Positions 49,726 to 60,450 of a stretch of DNA of 64,000 nt are shown one piece after another. Source of the stretch: Alphaproteobacteria bacterium (GTDB lineage Bacteria; Pseudomonadota; Alphaproteobacteria; Rhizobiales; Xanthobacteraceae); contig WQYW01000004.1 of the NCBI GenBank assembly GCA_009781045.1, forward strand, positions 49-64,048, written 5' to 3'. Within the stretch, counting starts at the first letter, position 1; each line of letters begins with the position of its first letter. Position numbers and translations under genes: made by a program. The notes under the pieces are model-generated. The model saw only the letters and a program-made list of their open reading frames with translations, did no database searches and was not told the DNA's origin.

Positions 49726-49857
49726 GGCCTGTGCCTTGAGCCGCAACCGGGTAAATAATGCAGAAGATGCGCCTTTTTAACCGCAGATGTCCCGAGCCGA
49801 TAGCAAAATCCGGCGACAGAACAAGGGACAAGAGACCGTGCCCTGAATCCTGGGGGC

Positions 49858-50718
49858 TCAATACAGCCCGTGCCCCACCGCCGGATCGGCTGGCCTCGAA
49901 TCGACCGGGGCAAAAGCGCTGACGGGTCTCACTGCCTGCCTTGTATCCCCGCCATGGGACGTTGTGCTGCCGCTGTCGCGAACCTCGCCCGCCTGGCGGC
50001 CGCGACTGATGTTGTCATCGGCCAGGCGGTTGCGCGTCGGCAGCACACCAATCCGCTTCGGCGCTTCAGGCAGGAAAGGCCGGCTGGCCGCAATCCGCAC
50101 CATGGAGGGTGCCGGAGCCGGAGTGCCGGTGCGCAGGGTTGCCATCAGCTGGCGGTCGTCCGACCCCTCAAGGGGGGCGCGGCCGACATATTCGACCCTC
50201 ACCCTGGCCACACCGTGGTTCTTGAAATCCAGCAGTTCGGCCGTCTTGTGGGAAACATCGATCACCCGATCGCCATGATAGGGGCCGCGATCGTTAATCC
50301 GCACGATCACCGACCTGCCATTGCCGAGATTTGTCACCCGGGCATAAGAGGGCATCGGCAGGGTGGTATGAGCGGCGGAAATCGAGCCCATGTCGAACAC
50401 CTCCCCGTTGGCGGTCAGGCGCCCATGAAAATCATCGCCGTACCAGGATGCCAGCCCTTCCACCCGATAATTGGGGTTTTCTTCCGGCACATAGGTCCGC
50501 CCTGCCACGACATAGGGCTTGCCGACCCGATAGGTGCCCCCGCCCTTGGGGATGGGATCGGCCGTATCCACCACCTTGGCGCTGGAGGTCACGCCATATT
50601 TGGGATCCACATGTTCGATCAGGTTGCTCGCAGCACAACCGGCCAGAGCCAGACACCCCGCTGCCACACCCATCCCCCGGGCCACCCGCAACAGCCTGTT
50701 TGAGTCCGCAACACCCAT
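49858..50718 (-). CDS. rlpA: Septal ring lytic transglycosylase RlpA family lipoprotein
   Basis: Lipobox LAGC; GLASWYG, TANGE, AAHTTLP, VRINDRGPY, IDVS. Confidence 0.95.
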   Translation of the reverse strand: MGVADSNRLLRVARGMGVAAGCLALAGCAASNLIEHVDPKYGVTSSAKVVDTADPIPKGGGTYRVGKPYVVAGRTYVPEENPNYRVEGLASWYGDDFHGRLTANGEVFDMGSISAAHTTLPMPSYARVTNLGNGRSVIVRINDRGPYHGDRVIDVSHKTAELLDFKNHGVARVRVEYVGRAPLEGSDDRQLMATLRTGTPAPAPSMVRIAASRPFLPEAPKRIGVLPTRNRLADDNISRGRQAGEVRDSGSTTSHGGDTRQAVRPVSAFAPVDSRPADPAVGHGLY

Positions 50719-51059
50719 CCGCCGCCCCTGTGTGTCGTTGCCCCCCATTCCCAGCGGAAATCCGCCCCGAAAGGGCCCTGTCGCGACCACGACAAACGCA
50801 GAACGATGGCGCTACCGAAACACGGCGGAAATGAGGAACGCCGCCACATACCGCCACAAAGATAGACGAAAGCTGAATAAAGTGTGGCTTTTGGGTGGCC
50901 GCAAATGGCGTTTTTCCTTGGGTCTGCCACAGTCTGTTGCGCCAAATCCTCACCCCCCTCCTTTGTTTTTTCTGTCACTGGAATCCTTTTGACTGTGCAG
51001 GGCGTAGCGCGTTTTCTGGCTGCGAGGGCATCAATCAAGTGATTTCGTGGAAGTTTCAG

Positions 51060-51149
51060 ATGGTTGAAACAGTCTCGGTTCTGATGGGTTTGGTAAGCGT
51101 CGGCATCTTCTTGGCCCATGCTTTCGAAGGGTACCACACGCGCGCCTGA
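51060..51149 (+). CDS. Small hydrophobic protein (29 aa)
   Basis: MVETVSVLMGLVSVGIFLAHAFEGYHTRA: single TM-like helix; below the ORF track cutoff. Confidence 0.45.
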   Translation: MVETVSVLMGLVSVGIFLAHAFEGYHTRA

Positions 51150-51641
51150 AGCCCCTTGAGTGGCAGGGTTTACGTGTGGCGTGACGGATCAACTTTGACA
51201 ACAGAAAGCGTTCGGAAACCAGCCAATCCGTTTTTTGTATTGCGTACGCGAGCGGCCGATATTTGATGCGCAACGATGATCTGGTCGTGATGAAAACGGC
51301 TTAGCCTTTTTACGGGCTGGGCCGTTTCAGCTTTTCGGGCACCTGATTCGCCGACATCCGATTGCCTGGTGAGATCCGGCAACAGCAGTTGCGGGACAGG
51401 GAGAGAAGGCGGTGGTTCCCCTCCGTCCGAATGCGTCTTTTGCATACTTCAAGGATCCGGTCCTTGTCTCGCGTCGAGCTGTCGGCACAGCTCGGGACCT
51501 CTTTTCCGGTCTCCGTCCCCGCCGCAAAACCAGGTCTCAAGAGCTTGACATCACACATCGATATCCGCATTGGGGGGCTCCCAATCCGCCAGGGCTGACG
51601 AAGCCGGAAAACAGATCCTCAAGTAATGGGTGCTGCGCGAA

Positions 51642-52208
51642 ATGACCCCTGAACCAAAAAAATCCAAAAGCTTTGGTCCGGCCCCGCGCCTTCGCGCCCT
51701 CCCCATGATCATTTTCGGGTCGCGCTGGCTTCAGCTGCCGCTTTACCTCGGTCTGATCATTACGCAATTCGTCTATATCGTTCTGTTCGGCAAGGAACTC
51801 TGGCACCTGGTCTCCCACGCCTGGGACTCGAACGAGCAGCAGATCATGATGAGCGTCCTGGCCCTGATCGACGTGGTCATGATCTCGAACCTCCTCGTCA
51901 TGGTGATCGTCGGTGGCTACGAAACCTTCGTCTCCAGGCTCGATCTGCAGGGCCACCCGGACGAGCCGGAATGGCTTGGCCATGTCAATGCCAGCGTCCT
52001 CAAGGTCAAGCTTGCCATGGCCATCATCGGCATCTCCTCGGTGGCGCTGCTGCGCACCTTCATTGAGGCCGGCCATCTCGGGTCCGATCGCACCACCTAC
52101 ACCGAGCATGGCGTGATGTGGCAGGTCCTGATCCATATCACCTTCATCCTGTCCGCCATCGGCATCGCCTATGTGGACAAGCTGAACGTCGGCGGATCAC
52201 ATAAATAG
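51642..52208 (+). CDS. TIGR00645/UPF0114 (YqhA-like) membrane protein
   Basis: IFGSRWLQLPLY, VLALID..MISNLL.MV..GGYETFVSRL, LKVKLA..IIGISS. Confidence 0.93.
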   Translation: MTPEPKKSKSFGPAPRLRALPMIIFGSRWLQLPLYLGLIITQFVYIVLFGKELWHLVSHAWDSNEQQIMMSVLALIDVVMISNLLVMVIVGGYETFVSRLDLQGHPDEPEWLGHVNASVLKVKLAMAIIGISSVALLRTFIEAGHLGSDRTTYTEHGVMWQVLIHITFILSAIGIAYVDKLNVGGSHK

Positions 52209-52434
52209 GCAGAACGCGCTGCAACGGCGCCCGCGCGGCGGGCCGTGGCGGAGAGATCGTGCCGGGGAGCGGAGACATCCCCCCTGCCCGCCACGTCGTG
52301 GAGGGCGGCTGCGAGGCTGTGACAGGCACCGTCGCAACGAATCAAAGCACATTCGATGTTCGATGGGGTATGGACATACCGGAGCGGCTCGGCTTCCGTC
52401 CCCGCATTTCATGGCCATCACGCAAGATCTCTCT

Positions 52435-53244
52435 ATGGAAAACGACAAAGTTCGCAACATTCGCGCCGCTGCCGAGCGGGGAGACGCAACCGCCCAGAAA
52501 CGATTGGCTGACAGATATGCCAAAGGTCGGGGCGTCGTTCAGGATGATGCGCAGGCAGCGGTGTGGTACAACATGGCCGCTGAGCAAGGAGACGTGGACG
52601 CCCAGATCAGCCTCGGCCATATGTATGTGGACGGCCGTGGCGTTGAGTTTGACGATGAACAGGCTGTCGCATGGTTTCTCAGGGCTGCCGGCCAAGGGAA
52701 CGCTCAGGCGCAATACATTATCGGTGCGGCTTACGAAGAAGGCCGTGGCGTGGAGCGCGACGATGCGCAGGCCCTTGTCTGGTACCACATGGCCGCCGAG
52801 CAGGGATATGCTTTGGCACAACTCGAACTCGCCAATTCCTACTCAAAACAGGCTCTTGCGTGGTACCGCAAGGCGGCCGAGCGCGGGCTCGCACTTGCCC
52901 AATTCGCCCTTGGCGAAATGTACGCGAATGGCTGTCATGTTGCCCAGGACCATAATAAGGCCGTCGCATGGTACCACAGGGCCGCTGCGCAAGGCGACGT
53001 GGTCGCCCAGTTCAAGCTCGGCTTGGCCTACAATACCGGCCGGGGCGTAAAGCAGGACCATGGCGAAGCCGCGATCTGGTTTCGCAAGGCTGCGGAACAG
53101 GGCCTCGCGAGAGCGCAATATTTTCTCGGCACGATGTACCGTGTCGGCAGAGGGGTTCCCAGAGACGAGGCGCAGGCCACGTTCTGGCTGCACAAAGTCG
53201 CCGATCATCCCGGTTTCGTTCCCCCCGTCGAAGCACCGGAGTGA
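52435..53244 (+). CDS. Sel1-repeat protein
   Basis: About 7 repeats of AAEQG...AQ..LG.MY..G.GV..D...A..W; start at 52435 inferred. Confidence 0.92.
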   Translation: MENDKVRNIRAAAERGDATAQKRLADRYAKGRGVVQDDAQAAVWYNMAAEQGDVDAQISLGHMYVDGRGVEFDDEQAVAWFLRAAGQGNAQAQYIIGAAYEEGRGVERDDAQALVWYHMAAEQGYALAQLELANSYSKQALAWYRKAAERGLALAQFALGEMYANGCHVAQDHNKAVAWYHRAAAQGDVVAQFKLGLAYNTGRGVKQDHGEAAIWFRKAAEQGLARAQYFLGTMYRVGRGVPRDEAQATFWLHKVADHPGFVPPVEAPE

Positions 53245-53499
53245 AGCTCCGCAACTCCCAGCATGGAGATCGTGCGTTTTCCTTCCAGCTTTGGAGTTTC
53301 CGAGGGCGGCATGACCGCAGCAATGTATGGTACCGGGGCGATCCGCCCCCTCCCCCAGTCTCTCCACAATACTGTCGCTCAGATTAGGGATTGTACATTT
53401 CCCCGGCCCGGTTCCTTCCCGCCTCGTTATCCAAACAGTGGTGCAGACTTTCGACGCTTTGGTGCGTGCCGCATGGCACGATTGCCGGCCAGGCCGCCG

Positions 53500-53674
53500 A
53501 GGCATACCCACGCCAGCCAGCTGATTAATGCTGGCGTGGATATTATGACGATTTCCAAGCGGCTCGGGTGCCCAAGCCTCCAAGCCCGACGTCACCTTGC
53601 GCATCTATGCCCACCTGTTTAGGAAAGACGATGGCAAAGCGGCAGCAGCGATCAATGCTGCGCTAAGTCGGTGA
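53500..53674 (+). pseudogene. Tyrosine integrase C-terminal remnant
   Basis: RHTHASQLINAGVDIMTISKRLG / PDVTLRIYAHLF with a frameshift; ends 70 bp before a tRNA 5'-half copy. Confidence 0.85.
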
Positions 53675-53743
53675 GCTGTTGGGTGCCGATTTCACGTTTC
53701 GTTCCTTCGGGGGCATCATATAAATACTTGAAAAGATTGAACT

Positions 53744-53782
53744 GGAAGGGTGGCCGAGTGGTTTAAGGCACCGGTCTTGAAA
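53744..53782 (+). repeat. att site: 39-bp copy of the tRNA-Ser 5' half
   Basis: ggaagggtggccgagtggtttaaggcaccggtcttgaaa is identical to 60451..60489 and stops in the anticodon loop. Confidence 0.97.
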
Positions 53783-55288
53783 TTCGGTTGCGGCAGTCCG
53801 TTCCTGTATTGTCTTGTCCCGATTGGACCGATTTTCTACGGATTTTGCCCGATTTTGCGTCCTTTTGGTTGGCCCAGTCGCTCCGGTTGATGGAAATCCC
53901 GGGGAGTTGGGTAGCAAAATGGTAGCAGCGGAGAGAAAATGGCAGCAGCACGTTCTCACGCTGTTCTCTGCACATTTTCAACGACTTCGCGCTTGGTCTT
54001 GACGTGATCGCAGCAAGCCGGATTGATCGGCCTGCCCTGCCTTGGGGTAGGACCGTGGAGCAAACCCAAGGCTTCCCGCGATAAGGCGTTCAACCCCGTT
54101 GGCAGGCCGTCGACCCGATCAAGACCAACGACCCGACCGATCAGGGCGGCGATGACACGGTGACCAGGGCCAGCCGATCAACCGCAGCAGGCGGCGGCCA
54201 AGTCAACAAACCAGCCCGTCCAGTCAACAACCCAGGTCGCCAAGTCGGTCCCTGATGCGGCACCCAGACTGCCGCGCGGAAGCCGCTGGCGTGCCATCCG
54301 GGTAAACCAAAGCCAAGCCAGCCGTGCACCGGGCAAACCCGCCCGGGCCCGGCAAGCGGCCACAAGCGGGCCGCAGAAAGCGCTGGTGCGGTTAGGCGGC
54401 CGCTGCCCCCGCCAATCCCCGTGCCACGTCCATCCTTGGCGCGCCCGCCCGCCAAGTTCACCGGGGGTTTGCCCCATGGTGGCACAAACCCCAAACTGCT
54501 CATCCTGCCGCGCTCCGTTGAGCCCGGACGACAGCATCCGCGGCGGTGCAGCCTCGACATCGGTCTGGGGAAACGCCAGAGCGCCAAACGCTTTGGCCGT
54601 GACGCCTGACGGGGGGCAAGCTGCCAGGCGGCCGCTCGCAAATCGATGCCGTTGCCATCACACGCCACGGCTCACCCCAACCGGCAGGCGATTCGCTCCC
54701 TCCCGGACACAGAGTTCACCGATATCGAGAGACGATCTATTGCGATCCTTGACGCGGGTCCTCCACGGTTGACGCCTGTGGGTGGTGAAGGCGTGGACAA
54801 TTTGAGGAAGCGGCCAGCTCAGCCCGCAGCCGAGTCGCAGCCGGCCCCGGCGGCGGTGTCAACGCCGCAAGCCGCCGTCCCACAGAGGCGGATTGGCGCG
54901 CCATGGTGGTGCGTTGGCCGAAAGGGCCAGGCCTCATGTGCGGGATCAATGATTTGCGCTCGCCAAATCCGGCTAGCGCAAAAGTCCAGCCCCTCTTGCG
55001 TACCATTGACGACGGCGACCACAGGCGTTCTAATCGGGAACGCCCGCCGACCTGTCATGCGCGGGCTGAACCCTTACTGCTGCCATTGACCGGGAACGCA
55101 CGATCCACGGTGCAGGCCTCGACGTGGGTCTGGGGAAACGCCAACACGTCCAGCGCCTGTGCTGCAAAACAGGACTCCTTGCCGTTAACGGCAAATTGGG
55201 CCAATTCGTTCAGGATCGATAGCGAATGGCCCCGCCGTTCAGCTAAAGGGGCGTTGCGGGTACCCGTGGGGTGGAGAAAAGGATTGAA

Positions 55289-56074
55289 ATGCGCGCCAAA
55301 TACAGGAATCCGCCCATCAATGAGGTGATTGTCGGGGCGTATTTTGATCAGCCGATCATGCCGCTGCACTCGGAGCACGTCGGTCTTTTCTGGTCGCAGG
55401 TACGAGACACATTCCCAACCATCCGGCAACAGCCTGAATTAGCTCCCCCAGCGCTGAATTTTTCATTTCAGCTTGGGATTACCGATGAAACCTATCCGAT
55501 GCCGCGCTTCTGGTTATCGTCGGAAGATGGCGCCACCGTTGTCCAGATTCAGAAGAATGCCTTCCTGCTAAACTGGCGAAAGCGGGCTGATGCTTACCCG
55601 CATTTCGACAACGTCAAAGGTCTGTTTGACAAATATTTTTACCTCTTCTCGACCTTTGTCCGGTCCGAACTGAAAATTGACACAATCAATATCCAAACGG
55701 CAGAACTCACCTATAGCAATCTCATCGAGCACGGCAGCTATTGGACCGGCCCGCTGGATACCGCCCGGGTACTCCCTTCATTTGCGATTCTGGACGTTGG
55801 CGCCCCGGCCACGGGGGCGCCCGATTTCAACTATCTGACTTCCTACCAACTTGCCCCCGACCTGAAACTCCAGGTGTCCGCCCGAACTGGCCGCAAGGCG
55901 ATGAACGCCAGCGAGTCGGTATTGGTGTTCGATCTGCGGGCCATCGGGGCAATGGGCACCGCGAATACGAGCCAAGCCGACCAATGGTACGATCGCGCTC
56001 ATGAGACAATAGGCAGTTGCTTTGACGCGATGACGAGTCCAGATATCCAACGCAACTATTGGGAAAGGGAGTGA
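55289..56074 (+). CDS. TIGR04255-family protein
   Basis: YRNPPINEVIV...F, PRFWL.SEDG..VVQIQ...F..NWRK...YPHF, ELTY.NLI, DRAHE pattern. Confidence 0.85.
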   Translation: MRAKYRNPPINEVIVGAYFDQPIMPLHSEHVGLFWSQVRDTFPTIRQQPELAPPALNFSFQLGITDETYPMPRFWLSSEDGATVVQIQKNAFLLNWRKRADAYPHFDNVKGLFDKYFYLFSTFVRSELKIDTINIQTAELTYSNLIEHGSYWTGPLDTARVLPSFAILDVGAPATGAPDFNYLTSYQLAPDLKLQVSARTGRKAMNASESVLVFDLRAIGAMGTANTSQADQWYDRAHETIGSCFDAMTSPDIQRNYWERE

Positions 56075-56080
56075 TTTTGC

Positions 56081-56656
56081 ATGGCGTTCGACTCGGCGAC
56101 TGCCTTTGCCCCACCTCTACCCATGGCTCTGCATGAGCCCGCGGGCCGGCGTGGCAGCGGGCGGGCGTCCCCCCGCCACCGCAGCTTCCAAACCAGTGTC
56201 GCCTCCAATTTCAGCGAGACAGCTTCTGAAGTCGTTGCACCAACCATAAATGGCTTCACCGCTCGCTGTCCCGAGATGGCCGAGCAATCCAGCCCTGCAA
56301 CGATGGTTCACGAACTCATTGGACGAATCCAGTTTCTGGCGGTCGAAGCTGAAATTGACAAGGTGCCGTTCTCCGTCGCCTCCTGTGACGACTTCATTAG
56401 CTTTCTTGTAGAAGCGAATCCAAAGGTCCGCCCGTCATTGTTCCTCAATGATAACGGCAATTTGCGTGCGCTGTGGCGCAACAATGCGCGTGAGCAAATA
56501 GGACTTCAGTTTCTCGGAGGAGGAAATATTGAATTCGTCATTTTCAAGCGTCGTCCAGGAGCCGATAAGTTGGCCAGCGCTGCCGGCACAGATACAAAGC
56601 CGAATATCATGGCTCACATCAAGGCCAGTGGGGCGCTCGGTCTTCTGATGGCATGA
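56081..56656 (+). CDS. Hypothetical protein (low-complexity N-terminus, globular C-terminus)
   Basis: Starts 6 nt after the previous stop; PSLFLNDNGNLRALW...IGLQFLGGG.IEFVIF beta-rich domain. Confidence 0.8.
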   Translation: MAFDSATAFAPPLPMALHEPAGRRGSGRASPRHRSFQTSVASNFSETASEVVAPTINGFTARCPEMAEQSSPATMVHELIGRIQFLAVEAEIDKVPFSVASCDDFISFLVEANPKVRPSLFLNDNGNLRALWRNNAREQIGLQFLGGGNIEFVIFKRRPGADKLASAAGTDTKPNIMAHIKASGALGLLMA

Positions 56657-57117
56657 CGGATAAACTACCTCAAAGCGGATCGGCCATCCCTGATGATCAC
56701 CACGTCATCAGGTATGTCGGCGGGCGGCACGTTGATGGCGACGTTATCAACGGGGAAGCATTTCTGACGAAGCCTCAAGAGGATGCGCCGTCGGTCAATT
56801 GGGTGGAATATTTTGATCCGCCAATTGATAACCAAGTGCAGGGTGTCAGATCAGCAGCGCGGTTGCAGTACGGCAAAACGGGAAAACTCGTAAGATTGAA
56901 TGTCGGCGCAACCAGGGATTATGTGCGGGAGAATTCACCGGACGGTCTTCAGTTGTCTTTTGTCAGCGATCCTTTGCCAGCCCACGAAAAGTTTGGACCT
57001 GATCCCTCACACGCATTGATACGTGGTGTGCCGGTAACAGATTCCGCAGATGCTGCGCTCATAAAAGATTTGATTGCTAATTGCGTACTTCAGCCATTCT
57101 ATGCCGCTGTTCCGTAG
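56653..57117 (+). CDS. Hypothetical protein, possible ADP-ribosyltransferase-like fold
   Basis: ATGA overlap with the upstream gene; VIRYV...AF...PSVNW...DPSHALIRG. The fold call is inference. Confidence 0.75.
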   Translation: MTDKLPQSGSAIPDDHHVIRYVGGRHVDGDVINGEAFLTKPQEDAPSVNWVEYFDPPIDNQVQGVRSAARLQYGKTGKLVRLNVGATRDYVRENSPDGLQLSFVSDPLPAHEKFGPDPSHALIRGVPVTDSADAALIKDLIANCVLQPFYAAVP

Positions 57118-57131
57118 GCCGGCCATCGGCA

Positions 57132-57615
57132 TCACCGAGCCTCATCCGAGCACGTCGCAGCCCGGGCGCAGCGGACCTTCATGCATCGGCGATAATCCCA
57201 CGGGTTGACGAACGAGCCCGCGTGGATGCCCTGCGGGGCCGCCGCTGCGGCCCGCTGGTTCGCCGAATATCGAATATCGGCCACGGGAATATCGTGGCCA
57301 GTCGAGCGCGTGCCCTTGTGTGACCAACCACGCACCCATGTCGGTGCCGGCAATGGCAGGTCGCGACCGAGCGTTCCCGGTTGGCGTGCACGTCACGGCC
57401 GGCCAGAGCCAGCGCTGCCCTTTGGCCGCACCAGTATGCCTTGCTGTCGACGCCGTGGCACAACCGCTCTCGGGCGCGTCGATCCCGTCAAGCCGAATGT
57501 GGGTGCCCTGGATTTCCAGCGTGTCGCCATCGATTACCGAGGCTTGACCGACAAGGCCCCCGGCTGATGCCTGGGCCGCCGCCAGGGCCGCCCAGGCGAC
57601 CGCGGCAAGGATCAT
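57132..57615 (-). pseudogene. Thermonuclease (SNase-like) family, frameshifted and deleted
   Basis: Signal peptide, VIDGDTLEI..THIRLDGIDAPES, DMGAWLVTQGHALDWPRYS, GIHAGSFVNPWDYRR spread over frames. Confidence 0.85.
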
Positions 57616-58269
57616 GGTGGCGTGCTTGCGTGGATTCTTCCATTCGCCGCCCCTGCTGTTGTTGGCAATCGTCTGTTGCTCCCGCGCGAAGGCCTGCGCC
57701 TGTGCAGCGCTTCCTCGGTCGACAGCCGGCCGTTGATCGTTGGTCGAACCCCGGTCCGGGTTGTCGTCGTGGTAGAAGAACCGGCTTACGCGTGAACCTC
57801 CTTGGCGGAATGCTTGACGAGCCTCAGTTGCCCAAGGACGGGTGGACGAATTTTCGGTCGGCGATATCAATCACGTCGGAATCCCGGACTCGGTCCCATT
57901 GGATCGGCGGGGTCGTATTCCGGCGAAAATATACTATGATCACGTCTGCTTCACCCTGATTGCCGCGCTTGTCAGAGAACGTGTCAGTCGCGGTAATCTT
58001 CACGCTCGAAACCTTCGGGAATTGCGAGAAAACAGATGGAACAATCTGCTTAGTTCCACACCGGCGTACCGCCGACCCCCTTGAATGAAACTGGTAGCTG
58101 GTCCTCCGCCGGTCACCGATCTGTCTGATCTCGCCAGTTCAAATTGGAGCGCTTTCCTGAGCGCGACACTGCCGCGGACTCGATTTATGAACATCCTCAG
58201 CATTCATTAACCCATTTCCTGTCTCAATTTCGGGCTGCTGGTACAGAGGTCGATTTCTCAATGGTGCAC

Positions 58270-58410
58270 AAAAGCCTGTTTCTTAGCTGGACTCGGGGAG
58301 CCTGGATCACCCCCATTGGAGCCAAGGGCCGCAAGGCCCCGGAGCACGCTTTCTAGATTTCTTCTACCACAGGCATCCCCACGCTGGCAGCGCCAACTTT
58401 TGTCGAGGAG
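58270..58410 (+). ncRNA. Candidate IS110 bridge RNA region
   Basis: Non-coding left end with hairpins including gggcc-GCAA-ggccc (GNRA loop); location fits IS110-group bridge RNAs. Structure not computed. Confidence 0.45.
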
Positions 58411-58414
58411 CGAG

Positions 58415-59689
58415 ATGGATATCCTGTACGATCGAGTGGCTGGACTGGATCTTCATAAGTAGTCAGTCGTAGCCTGCGTTCGAGTGACGGTGAGCGGGAA
58501 AGTTGAACGGGAGTGCCGGACGTTTGGCACGACCACAGACGACCTGACCGCGTTGCTCTGTTGGCTGAAGAAAAGTCGATGTACCCACGTTGCGATGGAG
58601 GCGACCGGAGTATGCTGGAAGCCGGTCTGGAAGATCCTCAGTGACGGAGATTTTGAGCTTCTCGTGGCGAATGCGGCGCACATAAAGAATGTTCCCGGCC
58701 GCAAGACCGACGTGAACGACGCAACGTGGATTGCCAACCTGATGGCCTGCGGATTGATAAAGGCAAGTTTTGTTCCGCACGAAAAACTTGAGGAATTGCG
58801 AACGCTTGTGCGCACGCGTAAGCAGTTTACACGGAACCAGACGCAACAGTGCCAACGCATTCAGAAGACGTTAACAGAAGCCAACATCACGCTGGATTCG
58901 GTGGTAACTGATATCATGGGGGTGAGCGCGCGGCGGATCATCAGCGCCATGATTGACGGCGAAACGAACCCGCAGAAGCTTGCGGCTTTCGCCACAACAC
59001 GTCTCAAGGCCTCGCCGGAGGAACTCCAGGCTGCACTGCACGGTCGGCTGACGGACCTCCACCGTTACCTCCTCAAGCTCTACACAGAGATTTGGGACGT
59101 CCTGCAGGTTAAGCTGGTTGATATCGACAAGCGGATCGATAGCCAGCTGGATTTTCTCGATCAGGATGCAGTTGCGAACGAGATGCCTCCCTGTCGTGTT
59201 TTGATCGATCTGCTGAAGACCATTCCGGGCATCAGCACGCTATCGGCGACTGTAGTCCTCTCCGAGATCGGCACCGACATGAGCCGGTTTCCGACGGCTG
59301 GCCACCTTGTTTCCTGGGCTGGACTGTGCCCAGGGCAAAATGAGAGCGTTGGCAAACGCAAGTCCACGCGTTTGCGTAAGGGCGCGCCCTGGCTGAAGAC
59401 GTGCCTGGTTCAGTGCGCATGGGCTGCGGCAAGGAAAAAGAACAGCTATTTGCGCGCCCAGTTCCATCGAATTAGGAGCAAACGCGGCTCCAACAAGGCC
59501 GCTTGCGCGGTCGCCGCTTCAATCCTCACCGCAACCTACCATATGTTGAAGAAGGGCACTGAATATCAGGATCTTGGCGAGGATTACTTCGATCGTCGTA
59601 CGACCATGGTCAAGGTTAACTATCTTGTGGCCAAGCTGGCGAAGCTCGGCTTTTCCGTCACGATCGAGCCTGTTGCGGAGGCAGCCTGA
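58415..59689 (+). pseudogene. IS110 transposase with an in-frame TAG at codon 16
   Basis: MDILYDRVAGLDLHK*SVVAC...VAMEATGVCWKP...GRKTDVNDA (DEDD RuvC-like), TIPGI, WAGLCPGQNESVGK; stop at 58460-58462; RBS GAGGAG. Confidence 0.92.
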
Positions 59690-59819
59690 CAAAGCGCTCG
59701 GTTACCTTGGCTCAGGGCTGCCTTGTTTGGAGCACGCCCGAGTGCCCCGGGTGCCTGCTGCCCGTCCTTGACGCAGAACCGGCGGTCTCGCCTGGGGCAC
59801 GCGCGGGTGCCTGCTGCAC

Positions 59820-60381
59820 CTTCTCGGCAATCTTGTGCGGGTTGCGACGAGGCGAAATCACAGCGTTGCGATGGCGGTCGGTCAATCTGGACGCTGGACA
59901 GTTGGCCGTTGTCGCATCCACCGAGCAAACGGACGCAGGGACGATACGGGAGAAGGAGTGCAAGAGCGGCAAAAGCCGAACGGTCGCCCTGCCCGCTCTT
60001 GCGATCGAGGAGCTGCGCCGGTGGCGGGTCGCTCAGGCCGAGGAGCTTCTGCGGCTCGGTGTCCGGGTTGACGATGACTGGCACGTGATCACGAAGACGG
60101 ATGGGGAGCCGATCCAGCCCCGCAGCTTGACGCACGTCATGTCCGACTTTCTCAAGGAATGGGGCGTCACCCTGCACGGACTCCGACACGCGCACGCCTC
60201 GCACCTGCTCGCGGCCAAGGTTCACCCCAAGGTGGTCCAGGAGCGCCTGGGTCACTCCTCGATTGCCATCACTCTCGACATTTACAGCCATTTGCTGCCG
60301 AATATGCAGGGCGAAGCCGCTGCGGCGGTTGACGAAGCACTGCGGGCCGCCATAAACAAGCGCTCCGAAAACATTGGGTAG
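59820..60381 (+). pseudogene. Tyrosine integrase, N-terminally truncated
   Basis: CGLRRGEI, KSGKSR, LHGLRHAHAS, VQERLGHSS, TLDIYSH: catalytic R-K-H-R-H-Y set present; no N-terminal domains. Confidence 0.9.
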
Positions 60382-60450
60382 CAAAAGGGTAGCAAAGGCA
60401 CATTTTCTCGCCTCGCGACATCTAAAAGAACTAAATGTTTTCAAGGGCTT

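Larger units (their letters stand above)
58255..59707 (+). mobile_element. IS110-family insertion sequence (ends approximate)
   Basis: Transposase plus a structured ~150-bp left non-coding end and a short right end; no terminal inverted repeats seen. Confidence 0.8.

Noticed and set aside
53744-53830. Second tRNA-Ser gene
   Set aside because: Identity stops in the anticodon loop; no T-arm or acceptor 3' strand, so it is an att repeat.
57830-58250. Degenerate ORF left of IS110 as the missing integrase N-terminus
   Set aside because: No integrase-like sequence in any frame; identity unknown.
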